Origin: the human T2T-CHM13v2.0 reference genome, Homo sapiens
Strand: one strand, 5' to 3'
Assembly (NCBI RefSeq): GCF_009914755.1
Contig: NC_060930.1
DNA length: 64,000 bases
A program made the translations under genes and the position numbers. Positions 17,702-50,478 of the stretch are shown here, piece after piece. Position 1 is the stretch's first letter. Every line of letters begins with the position of its first letter. Under the pieces are notes generated by a model. It saw only the letters and a list, made by a program, of their open reading frames with translations. It was not told the DNA's origin and did not search any database.

Positions 17702-18379
17702 AGTCTTTTCTTTAAAATGGAAGATAGTCTAACATGGTATTAACTGGCAGGTATAGATAGTTTGAAAACATGAGTCAATATGGGATGACTAAAGAGAATT
17801 AACAGCAATTTATCTTATTTCCAACTTCAACTGACACCTCCTAAGTTCCTTGTTATATCACTTCCTCTCTGTTGGTGTGCATTCTTACAGATTATAAGAG
17901 TAACACACTGTAACAACACCGCCTTCCTGGCTTCCTGCTGGGCTGGTTCCATCAGGTTGAGGGAGGAAGAACCCAGCAGCTGGAAGCTTTCTCAGTCCTT
18001 TGTGACAGGACTCCTCAGGATGGTGATATATTGTCAAGGTCCAAGCGGTCCTGGATGCATGAGTCACTGAGCTAGAAACTTCAGGAGAGTCAGCGGCTGG
18101 AGACACTGACCTGCCCTCAAGACTTAGAGCCAAGGAGGAGCCTGAAGATAGGGTGGAGAAGCTCCAAGACAAAACGAGCAGGCTGTGTCCTCAGTGTGCA
18201 GAGTGCTCCAGAGAAGAGAAAGGCAACTTCTGCTGGGGAATCATGCAGGAGGTGACAACCCCCTGGGGAAGTGATGGGCTGGGGTTGGAGGTGAGGAAGA
18301 CATAGATATGGGAATGCCAAGTTGAGAATCGGAAAATACAAGAGCAGTTTGCTTGGAGTGGAGAGTGTAGGTCAGAACA

Positions 18380-19714
<1,335 letters not shown>

Positions 19715-19949
19715 TGATCTTGAACTCCTGAGCTCAAGCAATCCACCTGCCTCAGCCTCCCAAAGTGCTAGGATTATAGGGGTGAGACACCATGCCTGGC
19801 CTCTAAAAAAGTCTTAATGAAGAAAGTGGGGTGGGGGGGAACCTCTTGGCAGTAAGGATGGGTGTGGCTAAGTGGTTAGTGGAGAGGGGAGGTGGTAGAT
19901 GCTCCTGGATGGATATCACTGTTCCCTCTGAATGTGACTGCCAGAGATG

Positions 19950-20316
19950 GGGGCTTAGCTCAGCTTGCCATAACCAAATACTGTAGACTGCATGCCTTAA
20001 ACAACAGAAGCCGATTTCTCACAGTTCTGGAGGCTGGGAAGTCCCTGGAGCTGGGTGCCAGCATGACTGGGGTCCTGGTGAGGGCTCCCTTCCTGACTTC
20101 TCCATGGCTATGTCCTTGCTGTAGCCTCACATGACCAAGAGAGCTGTGGTCTCATCTCCTTCCTGTGAGGACACTAATCCCACTGTGGGGGCTCCACCCT
20201 GACGACCTTATCTAAGCCCAGCCACCTCCCAAAGGCCTGCCTGCTAAGACCATCACACTGGGGTTAGGGCCTCAGCATTATGATTTTCAGGGGACAGAAA
20301 CATTCAGTCCATAACA
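19950..20316 (-). mobile_element. MaLR LTR (MLT1A-like)
   Basis: gccataaccaaatactgtagactg...ctcacagttctggaggctgggaagtcc...cattcagtccataaca. Confidence 0.8.
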
Positions 20317-22003
20317 GATGGGCAAAGAGAGCATCTCGTCCCAGAGAAGATATCCACTTGGCAGGTAATGTGATGCTCAACAAGTCATATACAGAGTAGC
20401 TTTGCTAAAAATAGATACAAAATTTTGTGGTCAACATTACTGAAGGAGGTTGCCCCAGCTAGAGCAGGGGGATGGCCAATGGCTGGGGTTGGGGGCATAA
20501 AGGAGACATGGGAGGGGAGTCCTGGGGATTGATCCTAGGTTTTTGGAAGCTCACCACGAGTGCCCTCCACATCCTGCTCCACCACAGCCCTCTTCAACCA
20601 GTCTAGGCATTCCTCCCCACAGACTGGCCCACAACTCCTTCCCAGCAGAGGCTGGGCGCCAGAACAGGCTGCTGCAGAGCCCAGCCCTGTGCCCCACCTC
20701 ACTGTCCTTGGGGCCAGCCCCTGGCTGCCTGCCTTTTTCAGAGAGAGACCAGCCTTAGCTTCGGTGCAAAAGGCGGTTCATGCTGCAGCCTTGTGTTCTG
20801 AGCACTACCTGCCTTCTTTCTGTTTTGCTTGTTGCTATGCTCCCAGTTGCTTCTCATCCTCAGGAAATCCAGGACTAACTCCATCTACTGAAGACATCCA
20901 CCCACCCTCATTCCCTTCCACCCCCTGTAGACTTCCTCCAGGCTCAGTGCACAGGGTTGGAATAACCACTGTGATTTTGCATTGATTTTGACCCATTTTC
21001 ATCAGTGTTCCTGTGCATGGCCATTTATTTATTTGAATATTGTAATAAATCCACAGGAATCATCCATTCTGCAAGGAAGTTTGAGTCAGGACAGCAATTT
21101 ACATATACCTATATGGGCCTCCCTCCTCCTATCACCTTTTCTCTTTCCTAAAGTTGTGTTTACCTTTTGAAACAATTATACATTCAGAGGAAGTGGCGGA
21201 TATCATACGGAAAGGTCCTGTGTAACATTTTATACCTCCAGTAGTAACATCTCATATAACTGTAGCACATTGTCAAAACTAGGAAACTGACACTGGTACA
21301 ATCCACAGACCTGATTCACATTTCCTTAGTTGTAGTGTGTGTGTCAGAGGCGGCGGTGGAGTGTGTTCTATGCAGTTTTATTTCATGTGTAGGTCCATGT
21401 ACTGACAACCACAGTCAAGATATACAAGAGTTCCATCACCATGATGATCCTTTTTATTGCCCTGTTACAGCCACACTGACCCCTCCCCACCCCCAACATC
21501 CCTAATCTCAGGCAACCACTAATCTGGTCTCCATTTCTACAATTTTTTCATTTCAAGGATGTTATATAAATGGAATCATACAATAGTAACTTTTTGGTCT
21601 GGGTTTTTTTTCACTCCATATAATTCCCTTGAGATCCTTCCAAGTTATTGGGTGTGTTAATAACTTGCTCCTTTTTATTGTTAAGCAGTATTTCATGGAT
21701 CACAATTTGCTTAACCATTCACGCACTGAAGGACATTTGTTTTTTTCCTAGGTCTTGCTCATTACACATAAAGCTGCTATGAACATTTGAGTATGGGTTT
21801 TTGTGTGAACATAAGTTCATTTCCCAGGATAAATGCCCAAGAGTGAAATTACTGGATCATATGGTAATTTCATGTTTTCTTTTATAAGTAAACTGGGAGG
21901 TATTTTTCTGAATGGCTGTGAAATTATACATTACTGCCAGTAATATACGGGAGATAAAGTTTTTCAGCATAGTTGTCAGAATTTGATGTTATCACTATCT
22001 TTT

Positions 22004-22098
22004 ACCATTCTAATAGGAGTTAGTGATATCATGATTTTAATTTGCCTTTGTAACCATTCTAATAGGAGTTAGTGATATCATGATTTTAAGTTGCCTTT
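22004..22098. repeat. Tandem duplication, period 49 bp, inside old L1
   Basis: ACCATTCTAATAGGAGTTAGTGATATCATGATTTTAA.TTGCCTTT occurs twice. Confidence 0.9.
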
Positions 22099-24743
22099 TT
22101 CCTAATGGTTAATGATGTTAGAACATCTTTTCACTCATTTATTTGCAGTTTAAGTGGACTCTTTGGTAAAATGTCTGTTGATGTCTTTCCTTCATTTTCC
22201 ATTTGGTTTGTTTTCTTATTGCTGAGTTTTGAAAGTACTTTACATTCTGGACACAAATCCTATATCATTGATCTATTGGTATATCCTTCATGTCAATACC
22301 ACACTGTCTTGATTACTGTTGCTTTAGAATAACTCCTTAAAAATCTAGTAATATTAGTCGTCTAACTTGGTTCTTCTTTTGTGAAGTTGTTTGGCTACTC
22401 TAGGTCCTTTGAAGTTCTACAAACATTTTAGAATCAGTTTGTCATTTTACACACACACACACACACACATAGGCTGCTGGGATTTTGATTGTGATTGTAT
22501 TAAATCTATATTGAATCTATATTTTGGGAATATGACATGACATCTTCACAATATTGAGTCTTCTGACCCATGAACAAGGTATATCATCTATTTAGGTCTC
22601 TTTATCATATCAGTATTTTGTAGTTTTCAGTGTACAGTATTTTTCTCATTTTTTTGGTCAGACTTATCCCAGGTATTTATGCTATTGCAAAGGTAGTATT
22701 GTTTATGTGATTGCAAATGTTGATTTTTTGTTTCAATTATCAATTTTTCATTGCTACCATATACAACTGATTTTTGTACACTACTCTGTATCCTGCAACC
22801 TTGACAAACTCACTTATTTGTTCTAGTAGCTCATTTGTAGAGTCCGCTGAATTTTGCATAAATAATCATGTCATCTGTGAATACATTTTTCTTTCTTTCT
22901 TTCCAACCTGGATGTCCATTATTTCTGTTTGTTCTCTGATTGCACAGTCTAAAGCCTTCAGTACAATGTTGAACAGAGGCGGTAAAAGCAGGCATCCCTG
23001 ATTTGTTCCTGACGTTGGGAAGGTGGGGAATATTGTCTTTCACAATTAAGTGTGATGTTAGCTGTAGGGTTTTTGTAGATGCCCTTGATCAGATTGAAGA
23101 AGTGTTGTTTATTCCTAACCTTCTTGATTATCAGTAATGAATGCTGGATTTTGTCAAATGCCTTTCTGTATTGATTGATTATATGATTATTCTTTTTTAG
23201 CTTGTTTATACAATGAATTATATTGATTGATTTTTCAAATGTTAAGTCAACCCTACACTCCTTGGATATTCCCTCTTGATCATGTTTTATTACCTGTTTC
23301 TTATCTTGTAGGACTCAATTTGATAAACTGGCTTAGAATTTTACCCTATGTTCATGAGAAATGTTGATCTGTAGTTTTCTTTCCTGGTAGCATGTTTGTT
23401 TGGCCAGGGTCCTAGGATAATTTTGGCACTAGGATAATTCTGGCCTCAGATAATGAGGTGGAAAATATTTCTTCCTCTCTCTCTCCTTCTCTCCCTTTCT
23501 TTGAGTCAGGGCCTTGATTTGTCAGCCAGGCTGGAGTGCAGTGGTGTGATCATTGCTCACCGCAGCCTTCAATTCCTAGGCTCAAGCAATCATCCTGCCT
23601 CAGCCTCTCAAGTAGCTAGGACTACAGGCATGTGCTACCATGCCTGGCTAATTTTTTTTTTTTTTTTTTGGAATCTCGCTATGTTGTCCAGTCTGTCCTT
23701 GAACTCCTGGCTTCAAGTGATCCTCCCACCTCAACTTCCCAACATGCTGGGAATACAGGTGCGAGCCACCACGCCTAGCCCTAGATTTTCGTTACATGTT
23801 TTTAAACTGTAATTTCAACTTCTTTAACAGATATAGGGCTATTCAGATCATCTACTTCTTCTTGGGTGAGCTTTGGTAATTTGTGCCTTTCAAAGGATTT
23901 GTCAATTTCATCTATGTTGAATTTATTGCTATAAAGGTGTTCCTAATATTTCCTTACTATCCTTTTCTATCTGTAGGCTCTTCAGTGATGCCACCTCTCT
24001 CATTCCTAGTATTGGTAACTTGTGTCTTGTTTCTTTTTTCCCTGATATATGTACCTGGCTGGAGATTTCTCAATTTAAAAAAATTTCCCCCCCAAACTCC
24101 CCAAATTTTGATTCATTCATTTTTCTCTATTTTAAAAATTTCATTAAGTCCCACTTTGACCTTTATTATTCCTTTTCTTCTGCTTACTTTGAGTTTTTCT
24201 CTTTTCTAGTTTCTGCTATTGATTTCTAATTTAATTCCGTTGTGGCCAGACAACATACTTTATGTGACAAATGTTTTGAATTTGAGACTTTTTAAATGGT
24301 CTATAATGTAGTCCATCTCTATAAATGTTCCATGTGTACTTGCGAAAAACTCTTAACCCACTTTACTTTTACATATATTATAAATCCCGTACTATGATTT
24401 TTGTTTGAACAGCTAAAAATTTTTCTCAAGTTATTTCTCAAGAAACAAAATTGAGTTGTTTCTCCATTTTCTCAAGAAAAATTTTCTGCTATTGTAAGAT
24501 GCAATGTCCTGTAAATGTCAATCGGGTCAAGTTGATTGATAAAATTGCTGAAGTCTACTTTATTATTCTTATTGATTTTCTGCCTACTTGTTCTGTCAAT
24601 TATTGAGGGTGGGGTATTAACGTCTGATAATAGTGGGTTGATCTATGTCTCCTTGAAGTTCTACTTGTTCTTGCTTTATGTGTTTTGAAGCTTTGTTATG
24701 AGGTGTGTGTTGTCAGTATGAAATAACTTTCTTTAATCCTGGG

Positions 24744-25483
<740 letters not shown>

Positions 25484-27143
25484 CTGGGAATTACTTTTTG
25501 CTCTATTTTGATTAATATAGCTACTTCAATTTTCATGTAACTAGTGTTAGCATATCTTTTTTCCATCCTTTAAGTATTTGTATCTTTCTATTTAAAGTAC
25601 ATTTCTTGTAGGCAGAATATAATTAGGTCATGTTTTTTTCAATCCAGTCTGAAAATCTATGCCTTTTAATTGGTGGTGTTCACACTATTCACATTTAATG
25701 TGATTATTGATATGCTTAGGTTGAGTCTCTCATCTTGCTACTTGTCTTCGATTCATCCTAACTGTTCTTTATTCCCTTTTACCTCTTTTTCTGTCTTCTT
25801 TTTGATGAATCAAGTTTTTAAAATAATTCCATTTTATCTTTTGATAGTTTAATAGGTATGATTTTTTGGTATGTCATTTTAGCAGCTGCTTTAGGGTTTA
25901 CAGCACATATCTGTAACTTATCACACTCTATCTTCAAATGGTAGCACGTCACCTTGTGTATGAGAACTTTACAATAGCATGATTCTCCTCTCCTAATCTT
26001 CAAGCTATTGTGGTCATCCATTTTACTCTTACATATATTATAAATCCTACACTATGACTTTTATTTAAATAACTGTCTTTTAAAGAGGTTTAAATAATAA
26101 ATGCTACATTTACCCATGTTGTTACTATTTCCAGTGCTTATTTCCTTCAGAAGGCAGGCATTTTCCTTCTGCCCAAAGGACATCCTTTAACTTTTCTTGC
26201 AGTGCAGACCTGTGGGTGACAGTCTTTCAGCTTTTGCAAATTTGAAAAGATCTTAATTTCTTCATATCCATTATTCTATTTTCAGTGGCGTCTAGTCTGC
26301 TGTTAAACCAACCAGTGGAATTTGCAATTTCAATTATATTTTTCATTCCTAGATTTGTTTGGCACTTTTTACAATCTGCTTCGTTGTTCTTATACTCATG
26401 CCATTTAACCCTCCTTATTTCTGTAAGCATAAAGCATACTTTATGGATGTGCTTGCTAACTTTAACATCTTAAGTCTTTCTGAGACTTAACGGCCTGCTT
26501 CTGCCCCTTGTTTCTGCTGGTTCTTGTCTATTTTACACTTGTGATTTTTTTCTATGAACTTACATTCCTTGAAACTCTCCGAGTTCCTCCAAAGACAATC
26601 TGTTTTGCTTCTGCCAGTTACCTGTAAGGCAGTAAAATCCTGTTATCACTTGAAATTTCCCTCTTGAGATTTTTTAAGACTATCCAGGTGGTGCAAACAA
26701 GCCACCCTAAAAACTGCTGTTATATATAAATCCTGTGGTTATATATAGGCTCTCAAGTAAGATGTTTTCCCCCAGGACAGAAATCTTCCTTGCTGTTCAC
26801 AGGGGTTGGGGGGATGGGTGAAGCAGATGGATTTATTCCTAGTTTACCCCTACATTGCATCTATCCTTTTGGAGTCTCACTTTATGAGGTCTCCTGTTAG
26901 TTTTCCTCCCTTGGGCAGGCCCTGAGCTTTGTGTGCTGTTCTGCAGCCCCTTCCCACCCCAGGCTATGAGAAGAAAACTTCAATTTGGCATTTGGCAGAT
27001 GCACTAAGGCGGAAAAGTGGCGTCAGTACTCCACTTACTTCTTTGGGTTTCTGCTTCCATTTACAAAAAAAAAAATTTTTTTTTCCCTTTAAGAACTCTT
27101 ATTTTGCAGCTCTTGTTTTTTACATTAAAAAAATGGTTCTTCA

Positions 27144-27398
27144 GACAAAAAACCAAACACCGCATGTTTTCACTCATAGGTGGGAATTGAACAATGAGAA
27201 CACATGGACACAGGAAGGGGAACATCACACACCGGGGCCTGTTGTGGGGTGGGGGGAGGGGGGAGGGAGAGCATTAGGAGATATACCTAATGTTAAATGA
27301 TGAGTTAATGGATGCAGCACACCAACATGGCACATGTATACATATGTAACTAACCTGCACGTTGTGCACATGTACCCTAAAACTTAAAGTATAATAAA
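27144..27398 (+). mobile_element. Short 5'-truncated young L1PA (3'UTR and A tail)
   Basis: Near-consensus L1PA 3'UTR with G-tract and ending taccctaaaacttaaagtataata; TSD AAAAAAATGGTTCTTCA (27127-27143 and 27399-27415). Confidence 0.92.
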
Positions 27399-27732
27399 AA
27401 AAAAATGGTTCTTCATATGTATTCTAAAGTTTTAGTTGTTTTCAACTGGTCCTTATCAGCCTTACTGCTGGAAATAAAATTCTTTCAACCTGTTCTGTAA
27501 CGATTTACAGTATCCATTGATCCCTCTCTGATCCAGAGGCATTAGCGTGAGAACACACTTAGGAACTAGGCTGGCCTGAGATCAAGTCTCAGGTCCACTG
27601 CCACTATAACTTCGGTAGTGTATTTACACACTGTGCCTCAGTTTCCTCAAAGGGTTGGTGTGAGATTCTAACATGGTAATATATAAACAGCACTTACAAC
27701 AGGGACTGGCCCTGGTAAGGATGAGATTTCTT

Positions 27733-27738
27733 TTTATT
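27733..27738 (-). terminator. Candidate distal RPP40 polyadenylation signal
   Basis: Minus-strand AATAAA about 340 nt downstream of the stop. Confidence 0.5.
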
Positions 27739-28061
27739 ATCTGAAAAAGTTGTAATGAACAAAATATATCTCAACCAATGGAGTGAGATGGGGACCAATA
27801 TCCCCGGTCCCTGGACATCCTGGCCCAGTGTACCACATAGTAACCCACAACCCTGTGCTTATGTTGACAGAGAGAAATCAACTATGAGCTATTCACTGGA
27901 CAGCAGGCCTTGCTGCCATCACAGATGGGTCTCAGGTGCAGGGCAGGATGCCAGCAAATGCTGATCTGAGAAATGTCACCATCACACAAGCCTGAGTGGA
28001 CACACAGACCTTTTACCATTAAGAAATCTGAAAGCAAGCGTAAATGTAAGTAAACACGATT

Positions 28062-28074
28062 TTTAATTTTTATT
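28062..28074 (-). terminator. Proximal RPP40 polyadenylation signals (AATAAA, ATTAAA)
   Basis: Minus-strand AATAAA at 28074-28069 and ATTAAA at 28067-28062, directly after the stop codon. Confidence 0.7.
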
Positions 28075-28076
28075 TT

Positions 28077-36988
<8,912 letters not shown>

Positions 36989-37891
36989 GCTCTCCTGGGT
37001 TCCTGGTCCTCCCGGCCTCCGCTGGCGGGGCACGCCCCGCCCCTTCCTCCCGCCCCGCCCCTTCCCTCCGGCCGCATACCCGCTGCTGTGCGCCCCTGGC
37101 GGCGGTGGAGTGGGGATGGCGGCGCTGGATTTCTGAGCAGTTCTTAGACTTCTTAGGAGCCCACGCAGCCGCTCTTTGGTGGATGTCTGAAGCTGTAAAT
37201 TCACTGTCCCAGTGGCTGGGAACCTGGCTCTTGCCTTTTCAACGCCACTTTTCCTCCGTCCCCGCCATCCCTTGGAATTGCCCTAAACCCTCTCTGTGGG
37301 CCCCGCCTCGGAGCGCCCCTTGGACCCCAGCCTGGCGCCGGCGCATACCTCGGTCAGGCCCCTCAGAGGGACCGCTTCCTGCCACCGTTATAAAAGGAAA
37401 ACATCGCATGGAAAGGCCCAGTTCCTTTAGTATATGGTCAAGAAATGTAGCCGCACAGTTAAGTAACCCCCTAAGCTGCTTTGGGGGCCACACCCAGCTG
37501 CTTTCTGACTTCTCACACTGTTTGGTTCACAGGACTCTGTTACCCATTGGGGACCTCTTGGCCATTATTAACACAGGCCAACAGGACTAAAAGTTTGTAT
37601 CAGTCCTTCCCAAAACATTAGGGAAGGTTGTGCGGGAAGGTAAAGCACAATTTTTGCCTTACAATAGGACTCCTTTGAAACTACTATTGAGTTCCCTTTT
37701 AAATAGCCCTTCAGAACCGCTTTTAATAATGTGTTGTTTCTGGGGGTTAATAGTGATAATTCTCCTAAGTCATTTTTCCATTTCGTTTTTCTGTCACGGG
37801 CTTGGAGCGGTTAAGAGACTGCGGCTCCCAGCATGCGGTACGTTACTGATCAGGGCAAAATCAAGTATGTTACTACATGCTTCTCAAACTA

Positions 37892-38697
<806 letters not shown>

Positions 38698-40058
38698 GTC
38701 AAAATGTAATCTATGACTGAAATGTCACATTTTCTTTCCAAGGAAAAACCTAATGAGAACCTGTTTCCCATTATTTTAAACAGCAGAATTATAAGGCGTG
38801 GCAAGTTAATTAAAAAAAACCCTACTAATTTCCTAGATCACAATATGGCAGCTAGATGTTTTATAAATAACAGCTACTAATAACATGTTAAGATGTAAAA
38901 GGCTTAAAGCATTGCTTCTTGGTCACCTCATATTTAATGTAATTGTCACCAGACAGTTGCTTTGTGTGTGGTAGCAGTGGCCCAAGACTGAAACATCACG
39001 GATGTACCTCTCCTTTGTCGACATTCCAAAACTCCACAAAGTGACTGGTGTGATCCTGATGGTCTACCAATTGTATTTGGAAGCACCGTGAAGCTTTTCC
39101 AGCAAACCATTTAGTTTAAAATGTTGCATATTTTGAAGATGCAAAATAAATTCTATCTATGTAAATATCAGCTGAAAAATGTATTGAGAGATATAAACTG
39201 CCCTCTTCTCAAGAGAGACCCCACAGAGTCTTGCAGCTTTAAGTCCTCCTCTCTGGCTGCTGATAACCCCTAGATGTGGCGCCTCTTCCCTGAGCGGAGT
39301 ATCCAGATGACTCTAGTACAAGGACTCACCCCTGACTTCTTCCCTTCTCACCCGCCATGCAATCCCACAGTAAGTCTTGTGGCCCTGCCTGCAGCACGCA
39401 TCCTGATTGCAGCCTCTTCTTGCTCTCTGCGTTTCTACAGCCAGTTTCAGCCACCTTCGTCACTTACTGGCCTGCTGCCCAAGACTGCCTCCAAACCTTC
39501 TCCTTGCTGCCTCTCTTGCCCTCCCACAGTCCATTCTCCACTCAGCATCCAGAGTGATCTCTTAAAAACATGAAAAACATAATATACCCCCACAGCCCCA
39601 TTTAGACCCTACCACTGGCTTCTCACTGTGATGGAATAAAAGCTTACACATTGGCCTGAGCCTGCCTCTTCAGCCTCATCTCCTTCCCTTGCTTATTCAC
39701 ACTCTGTCTGTCAGATTTTCTGGTCTCTAGAGCTGAAAGCAGTCTTAACTGACAAACAGATATTAGATCATAGAATCTAGAGCACAGGGTATGGAAGGAA
39801 AAGTGCAAGATGGAAAAGCCAGAAATGGTTAAAAAAAAAAAAAAGCACATGAAACAAAACATATCTATATGTATACCCAAAATAGTAACATAATTTTGAA
39901 AAATCTGAGCTAATAGACTTGCAAAGAAATAGAAATATCTTTGATCATATTCTGAAAACAAAAAAATATAGACTTAGTAAATATAAAAGGACAAAAATTT
40001 TACACATCCCATTTCCGGGCCATAATGCAATAAAGTTAGAAAGAACAGAAACAGAATT

Positions 40059-42000
<1,942 letters not shown>

Positions 42001-42672
42001 GCAGAACACAAAACAGTCTGTGGTCTGATTAAAGCTTTGTCACACATGCTCATAAAGAAATTTGGAAGAGAATTTGGAAATGGCTGAAATTTTTTCATAA
42101 AGATCATTCTTTTAATTTGTTTAAATTTAAAAACATAACATTGGTATATGAATTGGTACATGAAAATGAATTGGTACACGAAAAACTCAAATCTTAGCTA
42201 TACAGAAACTTTCAATATCTAGAATGAGGCATTTCCCAAAGGCCTGTGTAACTTGGATTTTACTACATTTTGAAAACTGTTAAGGGCTAATGTAGTTGAT
42301 GAAAGAATATTAATACACATTCACAGAGAAAGGACAATTGCTATAATATACACAATTATTAACATATAGTATTTTACATATATAATACCTATAATGAATC
42401 AGGCACTGCTATAAGCATTTTATATTCATTATCTCACATGAATCCTTTGTGAGGTAGATTTCAGTATCTTCAATTTAGAGTATTGTTGGTTCGTAAACAA
42501 TACATAGAATTGAATAAAACACAGAAGGCTCTTAAAAACAGTGTTGACTGAAAAATGCATTTTGCAAGTGTAACGGATACATTTATAGAAAAGTTTAAAA
42601 ACTTACAAAGTTAAACTGTATTGTTTAGACATATGTACATATATAGTAAAACTGTAATGATAGTCAAAGGAA

Positions 42673-46996
<4,324 letters not shown>

Positions 46997-47254
46997 AAAA
47001 GCAAATTTCTTATTTTGCAATTTGGCCTTGGGGCCTGAGTGGCCAAGCTATGATTGTCTGTTTCCTCTTTGGAGTGGGGAAATGTGTGAGCTGAAGCACC
47101 AGTCACATACACACATGTCTATATGCATTTCTGTACAACCCAAGAGATCCAACTTTAGTAAGAGGGAAAGGAAATCAGAACATAGAGGGGGCCTGCTGTT
47201 TACCAGTAACTTGTAATCAACATGTCATTGAGTCCCATCTGCAATGGGTGTGTG

Positions 47255-47750
47255 TATGAGTTAGCTATTGCTACATAACAAACCATCCCAGAACTTAATT
47301 AGCTCATAATTGAGCTGGTTAGCAATTTAGGCTGGGCTCAGCTGGGCCATTCTTCTGGTCTCAACTCAGCTCTATGTGTGTGGTGTGTGTATGTGTGTAT
47401 GTTTAGCTCTGCTTCTGGGGGTGAGCTGGCTGTCAACTGGGGTACCTTGGTTCTCCTGCTTATGGTATCTCTTCCTCCAGCAGGCTAACATGGGCTTGTT
47501 TTCATGGAGATGGCGGGGTTCTGAAAGAAAAAACAGAAGCATTCAAGATCTTTGAGCCTAACCCTGAAACTGGCACACTGTCATACTCTCTGCATTCTGT
47601 TGGCCAGAGTAAATAAGGCAACCCAGATACAAGACTGGGGGAAACAAATTCTGTCTGTTTATGGGAGCAGCTATAAAATCTCATTGCAAAGGGCATAGAT
47701 AGGGAAGTATGAAGAATTGCTATTATTTTTTCAATCAGTATCATTATGCC
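47255..47750 (-). mobile_element. Old MaLR LTR (MLT1H/I/J-like)
   Basis: gttagctattgctacataacaaaccatcccagaactta...ctgggctcagctggg...cattctgttggccaga. Confidence 0.65.
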
Positions 47751-48425
47751 TTTTCTTGCAGGTGAGATTTACCTAATAGTTCCAGATCAAATTCAAAACC
47801 TTGAAGTTACTAAGTGACTAGACTGTGACTCAGTAGTATCAACTATACTTGACTCCAAAGCCCAGACACCTGTATAGACCATAGTACTCATGCATCTCCC
47901 CTAGGCCTTCAAGATTCTGGAGAGTGACACTTCCGTAAATGCCCATCTAGGGCTCTTCACTTATACCCATTGGGTATAATTCCCTCCAGAGAAAGCTGAA
48001 CTGTCTTGGAAGAACTTAAAATAACTTAGGGAAACAGCTGAGGGCTGAGTTTAGGAATCAAGGCTCCAGCAATATATTTTTTATTTCTAATTATAGGGGA
48101 AATTTGAAAACATATATAATGCACTCCATATGTTTGCAAATTCTTTTCATCCATTTTTGGTATTTGTAGGCTATTTATGATTTTCAAAGCAAGCTAAATC
48201 AAACTGTGCCTGAAACAACCTCTTACTCTGAAAAGCAAGCAACATAAAGATAGATCTGCTGAGAAGACATTTCCACCTGCTGCAGTTTAGCCAAACAGCT
48301 GACTGTGTATTGAAGCAGTCCTTTGATTTTAACAGGGCAAAGCTGTATCCAAGACCCCAAACTGAGGAACTGCCATGGGGCACACATGAAAATCACACAC
48401 AGCTAATGTATCTCTCACCCTGAAC

Positions 48426-48601
48426 CAGTGATCCATATCCATGGCTGCACATTAAAATCACCTGGGGAGCTTTTAAAATTCCCAAAACCCAAACTACAAC
48501 AGACCTGTTAAATTGGATTCCCTGGAGTGGGACCCAGGCAGCAGTGTTGTTTAAAGCTCTCCATGTGATTATATTGTGTGGTCAAGGCTGCAAACCCACT
48601 G
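48426..48601. mobile_element. MER5A hAT-Charlie DNA transposon
   Basis: CAGTG...ggctgcacattaaaatcacctggggagcttttaaaa...CACTG termini. Confidence 0.8.
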
Positions 48602-49049
48602 CTTTAAACCAGTATCTTTTGATGACCTAGTTGCAAATAATTTCTCAAATAAATGTAAAATGTTTGCTGCTGAATTGTAGGCTTTCCGTCTTATTTGTGG
48701 TACCTACTTACTATCTTTGCACAAACCGATCTCTACTGCTTGTTTTATTCCTGGATCAACCCCATTCCATGGGTTTTGAGGGCATTTTATGTGCAGGACA
48801 GTGTGCTAGGTGCCATGGCCTTGGTGAGCATCATTGTTGGGGGAGGACTTTGCTGGGGAAAAAAAAAATGTATTATAAAAACTCAAAACCATGCCATTTA
48901 GCGAACTGAGGCAAAAATGCAAATATCTGGGTGGTCGCCTGAGAGAACATGAATAGATATCTTGGAATTTTAAAATCCATGTGATGACACCATAAGTGAA
49001 TGTATTCCACTTTTTAAAAAATGCTGCTGTTATTCTCAGATACTGAGTT

Positions 49050-50448
<1,399 letters not shown>

Positions 50449-50478
50449 GTATCTAAATGTAAAGGTTGCAGCTATGGG

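Noticed and set aside
36989-37204. 72-codon in-frame RGG-rich N-terminal extension of RPP40
   Set aside because: Non-ATG start lying in GC-box promoter sequence, probably upstream of the TSS; GC-rich DNA is stop-poor by chance.
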